Shown here: one piece after another, positions 10,135-20,588 of the stretch
How positions within the stretch are numbered: the first letter of the stretch is position 1
Layout of the letters: each line of letters begins with the position of its first letter
Virus record (IMG/VR): IMGVR_UViG_3300009184_000033
Coordinates: 32,001 to 96,000 of that record
Direction: 5' to 3' (one strand)
From: a virus
Length of the DNA: 64,000 nt
Program-made: the position numbers and the translations under genes
The notes under the pieces: generated by a model
Databases searched by the model: none
Seen by the model: only the letters and a program-made list of their open reading frames with translations
Told to the model about the DNA's origin: nothing

Positions 10135-11042
10135 TTGAGCAGCCCTCCGAACGTGATGGAGTCAGTGCCGACCAGGCAATTGTCATAGACAAAACCGCAG
10201 CCAGTGGTCCGTGCCGTGAAGCTTGTCTGGGTGACATTGCTTCCTGACAGGCTAAGTGAAGTGATCTTGCTCTTCATCACAGAATCCTCAAGTGTGGCGA
10301 CCCTGGCTTCAGCATCATCAGAGTCTGTGAATGCGGGATTGCCAAAGTGTTCATCAGTAGTATACACAGGCTTTCCGTACAGTAACACCTCGTCGTCTGT
10401 GCCCATGCACTCTTTGAACGCCTCGAGGCTGGCGTCATTGCCTGGCTCATAGAAGCTCGACATCACATACGCCCTGCCGAGAGCCGACATTCCATAGGGT
10501 CCCGAGATCCCGCCGCGGGTCGCATGGGGCTCTGGATCCTGCTCATTTCCGAGGAACAGGGAACTCCTGATCGCGACGCTCCTGATGGTCAGCGGCTCGA
10601 TCACGCCATTCATGTCAAGGGGATCTATCGCGTTCGGATGGTCAAGGACTATCGGGTACTCGTAGGTTGGCCTCTTCTCAGTGATGTACTGCTTTGCGGA
10701 CAGGACACCCATCTCGAGGTATGGAGAGGTCGCCCTAAAATTGCGAGTGATTCCGTAAGTCGTGTCCTCGAGCTCGTAGTTCGGAGCCTTGATCACCTTG
10801 CTGGTGTCATCGCTTATCGTGCCGAGCTTCTCGATGGGGAATCGCAGGGAGTCATCAAAGAATCCCTTGGATGTGTCGTACTTGAGCACTCCATCTGAGC
10901 TCGAGACATATGTCACGTCCCTGTCAGAGCGCCCAATCAGCGGCAACAGGGACGAGCCGAAGGTGCGATAGTCCTTGACGTCAGTCCCCTGAAGGGTTGC
11001 TGATATGGATCCCGTGAATGATGGAGTCACCGTGGTTGACAT
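10131..11042 (-). CDS. Hypothetical structural protein (303 aa)
   Basis: Translationally coupled to both neighbours in the baseplate operon. Confidence 0.6.
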   Translation of the reverse strand: MSTTVTPSFTGSISATLQGTDVKDYRTFGSSLLPLIGRSDRDVTYVSSSDGVLKYDTSKGFFDDSLRFPIEKLGTISDDTSKVIKAPNYELEDTTYGITRNFRATSPYLEMGVLSAKQYITEKRPTYEYPIVLDHPNAIDPLDMNGVIEPLTIRSVAIRSSLFLGNEQDPEPHATRGGISGPYGMSALGRAYVMSSFYEPGNDASLEAFKECMGTDDEVLLYGKPVYTTDEHFGNPAFTDSDDAEARVATLEDSVMKSKITSLSLSGSNVTQTSFTARTTGCGFVYDNCLVGTDSITFGGLLK

Positions 11043-14000
11043 CAGAACCTCTTGAGCGATCCTACGATCTGCTGTAGAAAGATGTTGGATCCAATCCCAC
11101 GCCGGTCATTCTCGCCCATGTAAATATCCTCCTGGGCGTAACGCAGCTTTGTGCGCTCCATCATGTGGGACTCGATAACGTAGTTGATCCCGAGGAACCT
11201 GGTGTTTCTCGGAAGGAGCGCCTCGATCATTCCAGCCAGTGAATCATCGAACCACTTGTAGAACTCCAGCAGGTTCTTGTAGTTGACCCTCCCAGTCAGG
11301 CGTTTGAAGTACACCTCCCTGAGTCTCTGGAGCTCAGGATATCCCAGCGAGAACTGTAGCTCAGGGGCACCAATCGCATTGTCGAAGTAGTCCAGCGCAG
11401 AGATGATGTTGATCATGTCCTCGTTCAGGGCCCGCACCGATGAGATCTCGATTGAGAACCTGTTGTCATCAGTGACCGGCTCGTAGATCGGAATCGAGCG
11501 GACTGGAGCCTTGAGGGCATTGAACTCATCTATGTTGACCTGCTCATCGAATCCACGCACTCGGATCTTGTTGTCAGCAGTCCTCTCGTCGAACTGTGGG
11601 TTCAGGATTGTGAAGTTGAACTGCGCAGGTACCACGACATTGGTGTTTCCACCCAGGCCTGATGCCGAGAGGTGCAGAGAGTTCTGAGAGAAGTCGAAGA
11701 TGTCAAGCTTTCCAAGGGAATCAGAGCCCGTGGTGAGCTGGTCAGTGCTGGCGTCTATCCTCAGGCGTTCAAATGATCCAGAGTCCTTTGTCCGGAAGTT
11801 GTAATTCAGCAGCGGGTCATCCGAACCGAGCGACTTGAAGTTCCTGGCGTGCTCCATCGACTCGGCGGTGGTGAGATCCCTTGACCAGAATCTTATGTGA
11901 CCGACCTTACCCGTGAATTTTGATGTCCTCGTAAGGCTTGAGGTCGCTACCGTGGTGTCATTCAAGAAGCCGCCAGATCCCGCAGAGGTGACTGTGGCAT
12001 TTCCGATCTCAAAGAACGAACCGCTCGAGTTCCGTGTCGAGCTCTTGTTGGAGAACACGTTCGATGTCGGAGAGTCGAAGAACAGCTGGCTCTCCTCCTT
12101 GAATACCGTGAGGTCGCCAAATTCCTGCTTGCCAACTCTCAGGAAGTAAGATGACGTCGGAAATGTCTCCGTCGCATCTCCGATGTTCCTGCCGAAGGAG
12201 ACGTACCACTTGTCATTGTCAAACAGATTGACATCATAGACCTTGATCTCTGTGAACTGGCCCGTGCTTGTTGGGGCGAGATAGAGCGACAGGGATGGGA
12301 GGTCATCTCTGGTCGAGCCCGTTCCAAATGCGACCAAGTTTGCGACCAGCGCCCTTGTGCTGGCAGGTGCAGAAGATCCCGTGGTGTAGATTCTGGCGAG
12401 GCTCATGGTCGCGGGTTGGACCGTCGATAGACCACTGAAGTGGTAGTGGGCCTCGTAGGTCCAGCTGGCGGAGGTGAATAATCCGTCCGAGCTGTTCCCT
12501 GCGACAAATGGATATCCAGGCTCTGTCCTCGAGCCGGACAGGAACGGTGAGATGACCACCGCAGCGCTCGAAGTGAGCGCCAGCATGGTGGAGACCTCTG
12601 AGACCTTTGAGCGCTGCGAGTCGGTGGTGAGCAGTCGACTGCCACCAAATTCCCTGAAGCTGAAGCTGTTGTCGGGATTTATGCCTGCCGCCCTCATGAT
12701 TGCCTTGATAGAGTGCACAGTTCCCTTCGAGCGGATGATTTCGCTCATGTTTGTAAGAATACGCCTCCAGATCGTAGATTGAATCTGAGTCAACGACAGG
12801 GTGGCTGACGAGGCATTGGTCGTGAGGTCTCGACCCTCAAGGAACTGTGAAATGCTGGCGGCTGAGAATGAGTTCGGAAGCTGGAATCCGTAGTACTTTG
12901 CGACGTACGGCAGCATCAGGTCCGAGATTCCGTCCTGTGAGTTGTAGTCCACGTGAACCAGCTTTCCGAACTGGTCAATGAACAGCTTGACCTCATCGAA
13001 GAACTTAGCCCACATGTAGAGGATGGACGCGATAATCTGCGGAGATGAGATCTTGCCACCGCCTGGGAAGTCAATGCTATAGCCGTAGTTTCCCTCGAGG
13101 ATGGTGCCGTCATCAGGAAGACCCTGAGCCGCGGCTGACTCTTCAAGATAGTGGGCTGGAACCAGCTTCGTGATCAAGTTCGGGTTGTTGCTGTCGTAAG
13201 ATGACGCAGAGGTGAGCAGCGTGGAGTTTAGCGTGACGAGGTCTGGATAGCTTGGAAATAGTACAGGACTGTAGAATGGATCTTCGGTCGCAACTGGAAC
13301 TGGAAGAGAAGACGTGGTCCTGAGGGAGGTCCTGTAGTTGCTGATCTGAGTGTGGAGAGAGTTGCCTGAGAAGTCGAGGACGACGCGGTTGTTGTCATAA
13401 GTTCCAGGACCCTCGTTGAACCTCATGTAGAGGCGGAGGTCTGCCGATGGCTCCACTGTTCCAGAAGCGCTGGTCACTATAGCGGTCTTGGACCTGTTCC
13501 CGTGATAGAACTTGAACTCGTCTATCGAGCCGCTCAGGGTCTGCTTTGGCGTGAAAGCTGGAACTCCCAGAGATGTCAGGGACTGTGTGCTTCCTGACCC
13601 GATAATCAGAGGCGCGCTTGAGAAGTCGAACTTTGAGAACTCCACGGCTGACTGAGAGTACCCCAAGAGCTCACCGTCAACATACAGCTTCAGCGCTGGA
13701 GTTGTGGCGTATTTTCTCTCCATCACCGCAGCAACGTGGCTGAATCTGCCTCTTGCTATACCACAGCTCGCTGACATTGCCAGCGTACCGCTGGTCACCA
13801 GGAAGACGAGACTTGTTCCGACCCCTGATGAGCTCGAGAGCGCCAGCGTAAACCCGTGATTGTTGGTCCCGAGCTTCTGGAGGATCACCTGGTTGTCATT
13901 GCTGGCCACGTTTGCCGGAGCAAGATACATCTCAGCTGAGAATGACTTCTCAAGTGGGTCGATAACTCTCTGGCCAGACCTGTTCTTCGAGAGGGTCGGG

Positions 14001-14476
14001 TAGAGAATTCCAGCCCTGTCCTCGATAGAGACATAGGTTCCGAGACCTGCTGAGTACCCACCGCCCGGATTCTCGTTCCCTAGTGTGCCCGAGAAGTTCA
14101 GGTACCCGATATTTTTGGGCCAGGAGTCGTAGACCCACTTCTCAAATCCCGTGAGCCCGTCGATGAACTTGTTTATCTCAGACTTCGTGGAGTCGAAAGG
14201 AAAGTAGTTGATTATCGAGTCGAACGCGACGTTAGTCTTGCTCTCTGCGGAGTCAAAGAACGTGTGGTTTGCAAAGTTGGACCAGTCAACCGGCAGTTGC
14301 TGCGTGGATCTGAAGCCGTCTTCAAAGACCGTGAAGTCCACGCCGTTGCCGCCTCCGGACGACATCTCTGGAACCTGGGACATTGTCACGCCTTCCACGG
14401 CGCTGTTTCCATTCTGGAGCTTCTTGATGAAGCTTGGCGTGAAGATCTTCTGAGTGCTGTATGGATCTGTCGACAT
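11042..14476 (-). CDS. Baseplate-associated protein with LamG/concanavalin-A-like domains (1144 aa)
   Basis: LamG hallmarks FSHVAAV...LKLYVDG...LIIG...FxGSIDEFKFY, and a second copy WYVSFGR...FTGKVGHIRFWSRDL. It lies two genes downstream of the gp6-like gene. Confidence 0.7.
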   Translation of the reverse strand: MSTDPYSTQKIFTPSFIKKLQNGNSAVEGVTMSQVPEMSSGGGNGVDFTVFEDGFRSTQQLPVDWSNFANHTFFDSAESKTNVAFDSIINYFPFDSTKSEINKFIDGLTGFEKWVYDSWPKNIGYLNFSGTLGNENPGGGYSAGLGTYVSIEDRAGILYPTLSKNRSGQRVIDPLEKSFSAEMYLAPANVASNDNQVILQKLGTNNHGFTLALSSSSGVGTSLVFLVTSGTLAMSASCGIARGRFSHVAAVMERKYATTPALKLYVDGELLGYSQSAVEFSKFDFSSAPLIIGSGSTQSLTSLGVPAFTPKQTLSGSIDEFKFYHGNRSKTAIVTSASGTVEPSADLRLYMRFNEGPGTYDNNRVVLDFSGNSLHTQISNYRTSLRTTSSLPVPVATEDPFYSPVLFPSYPDLVTLNSTLLTSASSYDSNNPNLITKLVPAHYLEESAAAQGLPDDGTILEGNYGYSIDFPGGGKISSPQIIASILYMWAKFFDEVKLFIDQFGKLVHVDYNSQDGISDLMLPYVAKYYGFQLPNSFSAASISQFLEGRDLTTNASSATLSLTQIQSTIWRRILTNMSEIIRSKGTVHSIKAIMRAAGINPDNSFSFREFGGSRLLTTDSQRSKVSEVSTMLALTSSAAVVISPFLSGSRTEPGYPFVAGNSSDGLFTSASWTYEAHYHFSGLSTVQPATMSLARIYTTGSSAPASTRALVANLVAFGTGSTRDDLPSLSLYLAPTSTGQFTEIKVYDVNLFDNDKWYVSFGRNIGDATETFPTSSYFLRVGKQEFGDLTVFKEESQLFFDSPTSNVFSNKSSTRNSSGSFFEIGNATVTSAGSGGFLNDTTVATSSLTRTSKFTGKVGHIRFWSRDLTTAESMEHARNFKSLGSDDPLLNYNFRTKDSGSFERLRIDASTDQLTTGSDSLGKLDIFDFSQNSLHLSASGLGGNTNVVVPAQFNFTILNPQFDERTADNKIRVRGFDEQVNIDEFNALKAPVRSIPIYEPVTDDNRFSIEISSVRALNEDMINIISALDYFDNAIGAPELQFSLGYPELQRLREVYFKRLTGRVNYKNLLEFYKWFDDSLAGMIEALLPRNTRFLGINYVIESHMMERTKLRYAQEDIYMGENDRRGIGSNIFLQQIVGSLKRF

Positions 14477-16020
14477 CAGTTACCAACCCTGAACCTTCCA
14501 CTTACGCTCTTGTGAACAGTGCTCATACCGAAGTCATCGCATAAAAACTCTACTTCGTAGGTGTAGCCCTCCTGTAGAGATTTCATGAGAATGTTGAAGT
14601 ACATTCCATCTGAGTCGCTTGAGAGCCTGGTGCTATTGTTGAGCTTGTCAAAGGGAATCACTATCGTGTTGGAGTCAGCAAGCCTGATTTGGTAGTATAC
14701 GCTCGACAAGATGATTCCCTTTCTGACATACGGGGTGCGGAACACTGCGTCTTCTCGGACTTTGTCAAAGACAAAGACTTGAAGCTTCACGTCATCGGTC
14801 TTTGAGTAGCTCTGCCGGAGATTTGTTATCTTGAACTGCAGGTCTGCGGGGTCTCCAATCTGAGATGTCGCCATCGGCTTGTTGACTCTGAGAGTCTCTT
14901 TCTTGAAGGTGAAAGAGTCGTCCAGGGAGTTCCAGTATGCGTCGAACTCGATGAAGTCGCTGCCTGAGGCATTCATGATGTCTATAATTCTGTTAGAGCC
15001 TTGGACTCGGCTCCTGCTGAACATGTCTACAGCAAACGAAGCAGAGTAGAATCCTGTCACCCTGGTGTCATTTGTGCCCTGCTTGTGTTGCGAACCCGTG
15101 AAGTACAGCGTAAGGTCGTTCTTCACCATCTTCAGTAGCAGGCAGTTGTCTCCTGTGACGGGTGAGTTGCTGGATCCAGAAGTTAGATTTGAGGGAGCGC
15201 CGCGGACAAAATTGCGGAAGAAGATTGACCCAGACTGGTTGAACACCAGATCGTTCCTGTGGTCTTGCGCTGAGTCGTCCCACGAGACGGATACGATTGG
15301 AGACTTGAACTTGTTGGCAGAGTTTCTTGAGGCGAACCTCTTGACAAATCTCGTCTTGTTGTCGGTCTCCTGAGAGCCAGAGAAGGAGACCCTAAATCCG
15401 CAGTCTGGTATCAGACCTGCTAGGGTGGCTGAAACGACTGTCGTGATGTCTATGTCTAGATTCTCGTTGCCGTTCACGAAAGTCTGATAAGATCCGAGAT
15501 GAATTACTCCCGCTCCAAGATTTCCCGAAGCAATGACGTCGATGTTATTCGATCCAAGAAGACCCAGGGCGTTTGCGCCAGTGGCGTGCCATAGCACGCT
15601 GGCACCGTCGACATAGGAGCGTGTAACAAAGTTGCATGCATCGAGGTCGCTGAAGGCTGATATGTCCCTGCCGATTCCTTCGTCAAATGAGTTTGAGAGA
15701 GGGAAGACGGATACCGTGAAGTTCGATGGAGTCGCCTGGCCTGCAATGACGTCAAAAAGCTTTAAGCTGGCTTTAAAGTTTGAAGCGTTCAAGTCTATCG
15801 AGGAGCCTGTCAGATCTCTGACGGAACTTAGATCAAACTTCAGGAGTATCCTGGAGAGCTCGATGGGGTTCTCTTCGCTCGATAGCTCCGACTCGTTGTA
15901 GAGCTTGAACAGGTCGAGAGTGCCAGCCTTGCCAACATTAGCATCGGTAGCCCTGAAGCTGTTGTTGATTATCTTGTTTGTGATGTAGGTGTCGGCGCTT
16001 GCCGTGAGCAACAACTGCAT
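14476..16020 (-). CDS. Putative baseplate protein with DNRLRE/CBM96-like N-terminal domain (514 aa)
   Basis: The N-terminal pattern ASADTYI...SRILLKFDLS...ASLKLF resembles DNRLRE-type domains. Coupled to the gp6-like gene. Confidence 0.5.
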   Translation of the reverse strand: MQLLLTASADTYITNKIINNSFRATDANVGKAGTLDLFKLYNESELSSEENPIELSRILLKFDLSSVRDLTGSSIDLNASNFKASLKLFDVIAGQATPSNFTVSVFPLSNSFDEGIGRDISAFSDLDACNFVTRSYVDGASVLWHATGANALGLLGSNNIDVIASGNLGAGVIHLGSYQTFVNGNENLDIDITTVVSATLAGLIPDCGFRVSFSGSQETDNKTRFVKRFASRNSANKFKSPIVSVSWDDSAQDHRNDLVFNQSGSIFFRNFVRGAPSNLTSGSSNSPVTGDNCLLLKMVKNDLTLYFTGSQHKQGTNDTRVTGFYSASFAVDMFSRSRVQGSNRIIDIMNASGSDFIEFDAYWNSLDDSFTFKKETLRVNKPMATSQIGDPADLQFKITNLRQSYSKTDDVKLQVFVFDKVREDAVFRTPYVRKGIILSSVYYQIRLADSNTIVIPFDKLNNSTRLSSDSDGMYFNILMKSLQEGYTYEVEFLCDDFGMSTVHKSVSGRFRVGN

Positions 16021-17870
16021 TACTGGGCCGCTCCTATGATGTCACTATCCGGATACTTGAGCTCAAATATGGAACCCTGAGGGCCAAGATACAAGCCATT
16101 CAGCTTGGACTTCTGGAAGTCAAGAGAGAAATCGCTGTATGTGCGCTCAAGAATGACTCCCGTGAGGCCAGTAAGCGTGAGGCTGACAAGAGATAGCACT
16201 CCGGACACATTGATTATCGAGTTGATGAGGTCAGCTTCGATTATCGGCTGGTCAATCTGGTAATACTTCCTGTCGAGCTTTTCCTTGAGTGCGTTGATCA
16301 CATTTGCGACCACAACATTCTTGTTGGAGTTTGGCGTGCAGATGATCGAGAAGTTCACCTTGTAGTTGATGACGGTCGCGTCCAAGATGTCGACCGCATC
16401 TGAGACAAGTCTGAAGTCGTTCAGGTACGTGGCAAGGTTCTTCTTTAGGGTGTCTGATGTGTGAGTGAGCTCATCTGAGGAGTTCTTTCCAATCAGGTAC
16501 AGCCTGGATGCCAGAGGATTGTCTGTGCTCTTTGCCACACTGGCTCGGTATACCCTACCAAAGTTTGACGGCAGTGTGTAGACTCTGGATATCAAGTCTT
16601 CCTGCGTCACAATTCTCGACTGCTGGTTCCTGGCCGCAAATATCATAGAGCGCAGGTCCTCGAGGCTCATTGCAGAAGCGCCGCCTCTGGCCTCCTCTTC
16701 GTTCCTCACATCGATGCTTGTAACCACCGCATTTGACACTGCAAGCGTTGGGCTCCTTGGGAAGTCTATTATCAGGTTCGATATTGTCCTGATTGTATTT
16801 GCGCCCACGTTGTGGTTCAGTCCACCACCATAGCGGTACGTGACTCTGAGTGTTGTGTTTCTCGGGGCTGTGCCAAGCGTCTTGGTCTGCAATAGGGAAG
16901 TTGGATCAATCGAGAACCTGCTGAGCGTCCTCTTTCCGTAAAGCGGGAGGGCTAGCTCTGACGGGTCTGGCAGAATATCATCGTCCAGAGAGGTCGCATC
17001 ACCAGATCCAAACTGGAGCGTGGTGAGTCGATTCGTTATGTTCATGGTCGCAGTGAATCTTCTCGGAGCGGGTATGATCTGTAGCGACTCTGAGACGAGG
17101 TCGTCGTCATATCCGTAATTCTTGATCCTCTTGTAGACCACGTCCTGAGACAGAGATTCGACCTCATAGTAGTCTTCATCGTCTGAGTCCTTGACTTCAA
17201 TGATCTGCGTGACGTCGGGATTTGCAAGGTTTATCGTCCTGAACGGGACAAAGCTGTCAGAGATTAGGAAAGACTCGACTTTAGTCTCTCCAGAGACAGC
17301 CTCTATCGACCTGCTTACGATGAACGTCGATGGATTTCCATCATCACCGAGCTCTCCAACAACGTACTTGGCGTAGAGAGTTCCATAGCTGTCAGTTTCA
17401 CCAAAGTCAAGCTCGGAGTCGATCCTGAACTTGACGCCGGCTCCGCTTGACATTGTCGTGCCAGACCCTATGATGGGCAGCGCAGAACTGTCTGGCAGAT
17501 ATTCTCCATCCTCAGAGAGGAGAGCTGGCACCTCGATGTAGAAAGTCACGTTTGCAACGGCAGGAGCCGCGCCGATGGCTTTTACTCCAGCGTTTCTAGC
17601 ATGCGCCTGAATGTTGACTGACTCTACAGCCGTTCCAGGATCAAGCTCATTGAACTGGTGGTCCAGGTAGAACGACATGGAGTCGCCGACGTAGGCAGCC
17701 AGCTCAAGGAACATTCCACCGAGAGAAGCCTCGTTGAAGTCCTGGATCTGCTCGCCAAAATAGTTCCTCGCATAGGTGAGGAGATCTGCTCTGAATCCGG
17801 CAAAATCCTTTGCGAGGTAGGTCTTCTGGCTGAACCGACTGTTCAGTGATGTGGTCTTTAGTGTCGCCAT
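16020..17870 (-). CDS. Baseplate wedge protein, T4 gp6 / baseplate-J-like (616 aa)
   Basis: Motifs KDFAGFRADLL...GMFLELAAYVGD...FYLD...E and GG...E...RIVTQED. Directly follows gp25. Confidence 0.85.
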   Translation of the reverse strand: MATLKTTSLNSRFSQKTYLAKDFAGFRADLLTYARNYFGEQIQDFNEASLGGMFLELAAYVGDSMSFYLDHQFNELDPGTAVESVNIQAHARNAGVKAIGAAPAVANVTFYIEVPALLSEDGEYLPDSSALPIIGSGTTMSSGAGVKFRIDSELDFGETDSYGTLYAKYVVGELGDDGNPSTFIVSRSIEAVSGETKVESFLISDSFVPFRTINLANPDVTQIIEVKDSDDEDYYEVESLSQDVVYKRIKNYGYDDDLVSESLQIIPAPRRFTATMNITNRLTTLQFGSGDATSLDDDILPDPSELALPLYGKRTLSRFSIDPTSLLQTKTLGTAPRNTTLRVTYRYGGGLNHNVGANTIRTISNLIIDFPRSPTLAVSNAVVTSIDVRNEEEARGGASAMSLEDLRSMIFAARNQQSRIVTQEDLISRVYTLPSNFGRVYRASVAKSTDNPLASRLYLIGKNSSDELTHTSDTLKKNLATYLNDFRLVSDAVDILDATVINYKVNFSIICTPNSNKNVVVANVINALKEKLDRKYYQIDQPIIEADLINSIINVSGVLSLVSLTLTGLTGVILERTYSDFSLDFQKSKLNGLYLGPQGSIFELKYPDSDIIGAAQ

Positions 17871-18365
17871 TTATGCCGCCATGTACATGATAACTTCTAG
17901 ACCCTGATTCGTAACTCTCAAGTTCGGAATAGAGTATGTGATCTTGATGGATATTGCCGTAAGATCTTGTGTGGTAAGCAGCGCCAGCCTCCCTGTCTCA
18001 AATGTCTGGGGCTCGACAAATGGCATGTACCTCTTGATTGCAGCCTTGATCCTAGAGATTGCTTCTATGTCACCGTCTTCAGAGCCAAGCTCAGTGAGCA
18101 GCTCTTTAAGGTTTGCGCCAAAGTAATAGTTTCCAAGCCTCTCACCGTGATTTGTCAAGATCAGGTTCTTGAGATTGTCCTGGATGGTATCTTTTAGATT
18201 GTAATGCATGGCGAGAAATCCCTCTTTCTCGCCGCCGAGCTGGACTGGCGTCTTGATGCCAATTGGATTGATGACCTCGTCGTCCAACCGGTTGTTCTGC
18301 CGGTAGGGCGAGACTCTCTCTCCAACTGACTTGAAGTCATAGACTGTGCGGTTCTGCTGTGGCAT
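17871..18365 (-). CDS. gp25: Baseplate wedge subunit, gp25/GPW family
   Basis: IQDNLKNLILTNHGERLGNYYFGANLKELL and IKAAIKRYMPFV match the gp25 signature. Confidence 0.88.
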   Translation of the reverse strand: MPQQNRTVYDFKSVGERVSPYRQNNRLDDEVINPIGIKTPVQLGGEKEGFLAMHYNLKDTIQDNLKNLILTNHGERLGNYYFGANLKELLTELGSEDGDIEAISRIKAAIKRYMPFVEPQTFETGRLALLTTQDLTAISIKITYSIPNLRVTNQGLEVIMYMAA

Positions 18366-18379
18366 GGTATCTTACCTTC

Positions 18380-18386
18380 TAAGTAT
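18380..18386 (-). promoter_or_regulatory. Candidate late-promoter motif ATACTTA
   Basis: Intergenic, 15 nt upstream of the gp25 ATG. Confidence 0.45.
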
Positions 18387-18414
18387 TGTCGAACCGCTTT
18401 TTCAGTGTGCTTGC

Positions 18415-18681
18415 TTACGAAACTCCGACTCCAGGTCCTGTGGTAGCTCCCACTTGAGCCGACGGAGATCCAGCAGTTGTCACGGGTATTCCCGGTGACA
18501 CATTGACTGTCACTACAATTGTGGTGACGTAAGCATCTACCGCAGCGGCAATATCTGAGGCAAGCTCTGCAGTAATCTGGTCAGGATCAGCACCGTCCTG
18601 GGCACCAGCATCTTTGGCCTTCACAAAGGCAGCCCTTATCGACTGCTGCATAATGGATTTGCCCGGCGCGGCTATTGGCAT
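18415..18681 (-). CDS. Small protein following the spike gene (possible spike-tip/adaptor, 88 aa)
   Basis: Located between the gp5-like gene and gp25; helical N-terminal half and a Gly/Thr/Pro-rich tail. Confidence 0.55.
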   Translation of the reverse strand: MPIAAPGKSIMQQSIRAAFVKAKDAGAQDGADPDQITAELASDIAAAVDAYVTTIVVTVNVSPGIPVTTAGSPSAQVGATTGPGVGVS

Positions 18682-20229
18682 CTACTCTCCAAATATCCTT
18701 TCAGATTTGATGTTTGCTATCTCGCTCTCTCGAGTTGCCATGGCAGCCTTGAGCGCTGCTTGGGCTGACAGAATTTGAGGAGATGGCGCGCCGTACCCTG
18801 GCGTAGTGTGGGTGCTCAGCGTATCGCAGAAAGTCTTGATGTCTGCGATAATTGCCTTGAGCAGGTCTTCAAGCTGCTGGTACTTGACATATGGCTGACC
18901 CTCTCCTGGTCCGGGTCCACCGCCAGCTCCACCATCGTCTTTTGTGCGTCCCAAGAAGATCTTGCTTCCGCTTACCTGGACGGTACCGTCTGGCAGAAGA
19001 GCAATAACTGCAAGATCTTCTGATGGAGTTCCCTCTTTGACGATTCTAATTCCGCCATTTATGGTCTGCTCTTCATTCTTTCTTGCGATGATTCGAACTT
19101 GATCAGACTTGATCACTGCAAACGGAGAGTCAGCGATGTCCTCAATTGGGGACTCGAAGGGCTTTGCCATCCTCTCGTTGGCAGTGTCAATTCCGAACTG
19201 CAAGTCTCCTGAAGACCGCATAGAGAGGTACACCCTAGAAGAATCGTTGACTAGATCTGGATCTCCCTCAGAGGCTAGCCCTGGCTTTATCTTGTTGATT
19301 CCGGGATTCTTATCGAGCTCGTTAAATTTCCTAGAGTTTGCTATGACCCTTGGCGCGGTGAGCTTAGGGTCCTCTCCAGCTGCGCTCTCACTCGTTGGAC
19401 TTGCCGGTAAGAACCTGCCGCGGCCAACGACTATGTCAATTGCGCCCGCTTGCAAGATCTTTCTCTGGTCTTCTGTTTTTATCGCGTTGCTCGTCTTTGA
19501 CTTGTCAGGCTCTGAGTCTGCTCCCCAGCCGCGCTCCTCACCAAGGCATATGAGCGTGTTGTTAGAGCCCTGGATAGTCATGTCACCTGGTCTCTTTGTG
19601 AAGCGAGGCACAGGCTCTAGTGCGAGGTCCTTGTACGACTCAGAGCCTGCGATCAGGTCATCATATGGGTTCTTCTTTACGTCATCTAACCTAAGAGTAG
19701 CGCGAGCAATCGTTCCATCGCCATTTTCGAAGCTGGGTATTTTATTCCCGCCAGAAGATGCAGACTTGTCAGATTTCTCTGCGGTCGAGAGAGAAGTTGA
19801 GAGAGCTAGCTTCCTGTCACCATGGGTGAAGTTCAGGTCATCGATGGCTGAATTCTCTGGAATTCTTGAAATCCAGTAGGGTAGAGGTCCGACCCCGTCT
19901 GATCCTTCAGATATGAGCCAGACCTGCTCTCCAGGCTTGATTGGCATGCAGATATGCGGAGGAAACAGCGGGTAGGCAATCATTGCCTTTCCCTGCTTAT
20001 CAAAGTTGTCCGTCACAATCCTGACTATGCAGGAATTTCTAGGACAGGTGAGAAGATAGTTCTCATTTCCAATCGTAGGCTTGAGGAGTGCCAGCTTCTC
20101 TGCCGTGAATACCGATGGGTCACCTATGAATTCTGAGACCACAGCGCGGTACAGTATCTTTCCGCCTCCCGCGCCGGCAGTAGACGGAGAGGCTGGACCT
20201 GGAGCAGACTTATTGCGTACGTCAGACAT
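18682..20229 (-). CDS. Baseplate hub/central spike protein, gp5-like (515 aa)
   Basis: OB-fold-like N-terminus (AYPLFPPHICMPIKPGEQVW...YW) and KRPGDMTIQGSNNTLICLG motif, upstream of gp25 and gp6-like. No lysozyme domain recognised. Confidence 0.7.
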   Translation of the reverse strand: MSDVRNKSAPGPASPSTAGAGGGKILYRAVVSEFIGDPSVFTAEKLALLKPTIGNENYLLTCPRNSCIVRIVTDNFDKQGKAMIAYPLFPPHICMPIKPGEQVWLISEGSDGVGPLPYWISRIPENSAIDDLNFTHGDRKLALSTSLSTAEKSDKSASSGGNKIPSFENGDGTIARATLRLDDVKKNPYDDLIAGSESYKDLALEPVPRFTKRPGDMTIQGSNNTLICLGEERGWGADSEPDKSKTSNAIKTEDQRKILQAGAIDIVVGRGRFLPASPTSESAAGEDPKLTAPRVIANSRKFNELDKNPGINKIKPGLASEGDPDLVNDSSRVYLSMRSSGDLQFGIDTANERMAKPFESPIEDIADSPFAVIKSDQVRIIARKNEEQTINGGIRIVKEGTPSEDLAVIALLPDGTVQVSGSKIFLGRTKDDGGAGGGPGPGEGQPYVKYQQLEDLLKAIIADIKTFCDTLSTHTTPGYGAPSPQILSAQAALKAAMATRESEIANIKSERIFGE

Positions 20230-20588
20230 CAGTCCTTGATCTTGCTGAAGACGTCGTCGGGGTCTATCTTTGCGTTCTGAGCCTCAGCTTCAGAGACTAG
20301 CTCAGCAAGCTTGATGAGCTGTTCATTGCTCTTTGCCATTCTCTCGATGTACTTGTTCAGGATCGGTCCAACAGCAATGTGCTCAGCAACTGAATTCTGC
20401 ATGTTTCCATAAGCTTCGTGGAATAGCAGGAAGGCGTTCTGTCGGTCAGAGATCGCATTCTCGTAGATCTCCTTCCAAAGCGCCTTTTTCTTGTCCTCGG
20501 TGGTCGTGATGGTGTCAAGCAGCTCAGAAAATTGCTTGATCTTATTGAGCTTAACCTCTTGGAGATCTGCAACGTCAACGTGATTCAT
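20229..20588 (-). CDS. Hypothetical protein (119 aa, helical)
   Basis: Coupled between the sigma factor and the spike gene. Confidence 0.65.
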   Translation of the reverse strand: MNHVDVADLQEVKLNKIKQFSELLDTITTTEDKKKALWKEIYENAISDRQNAFLLFHEAYGNMQNSVAEHIAVGPILNKYIERMAKSNEQLIKLAELVSEAEAQNAKIDPDDVFSKIKD

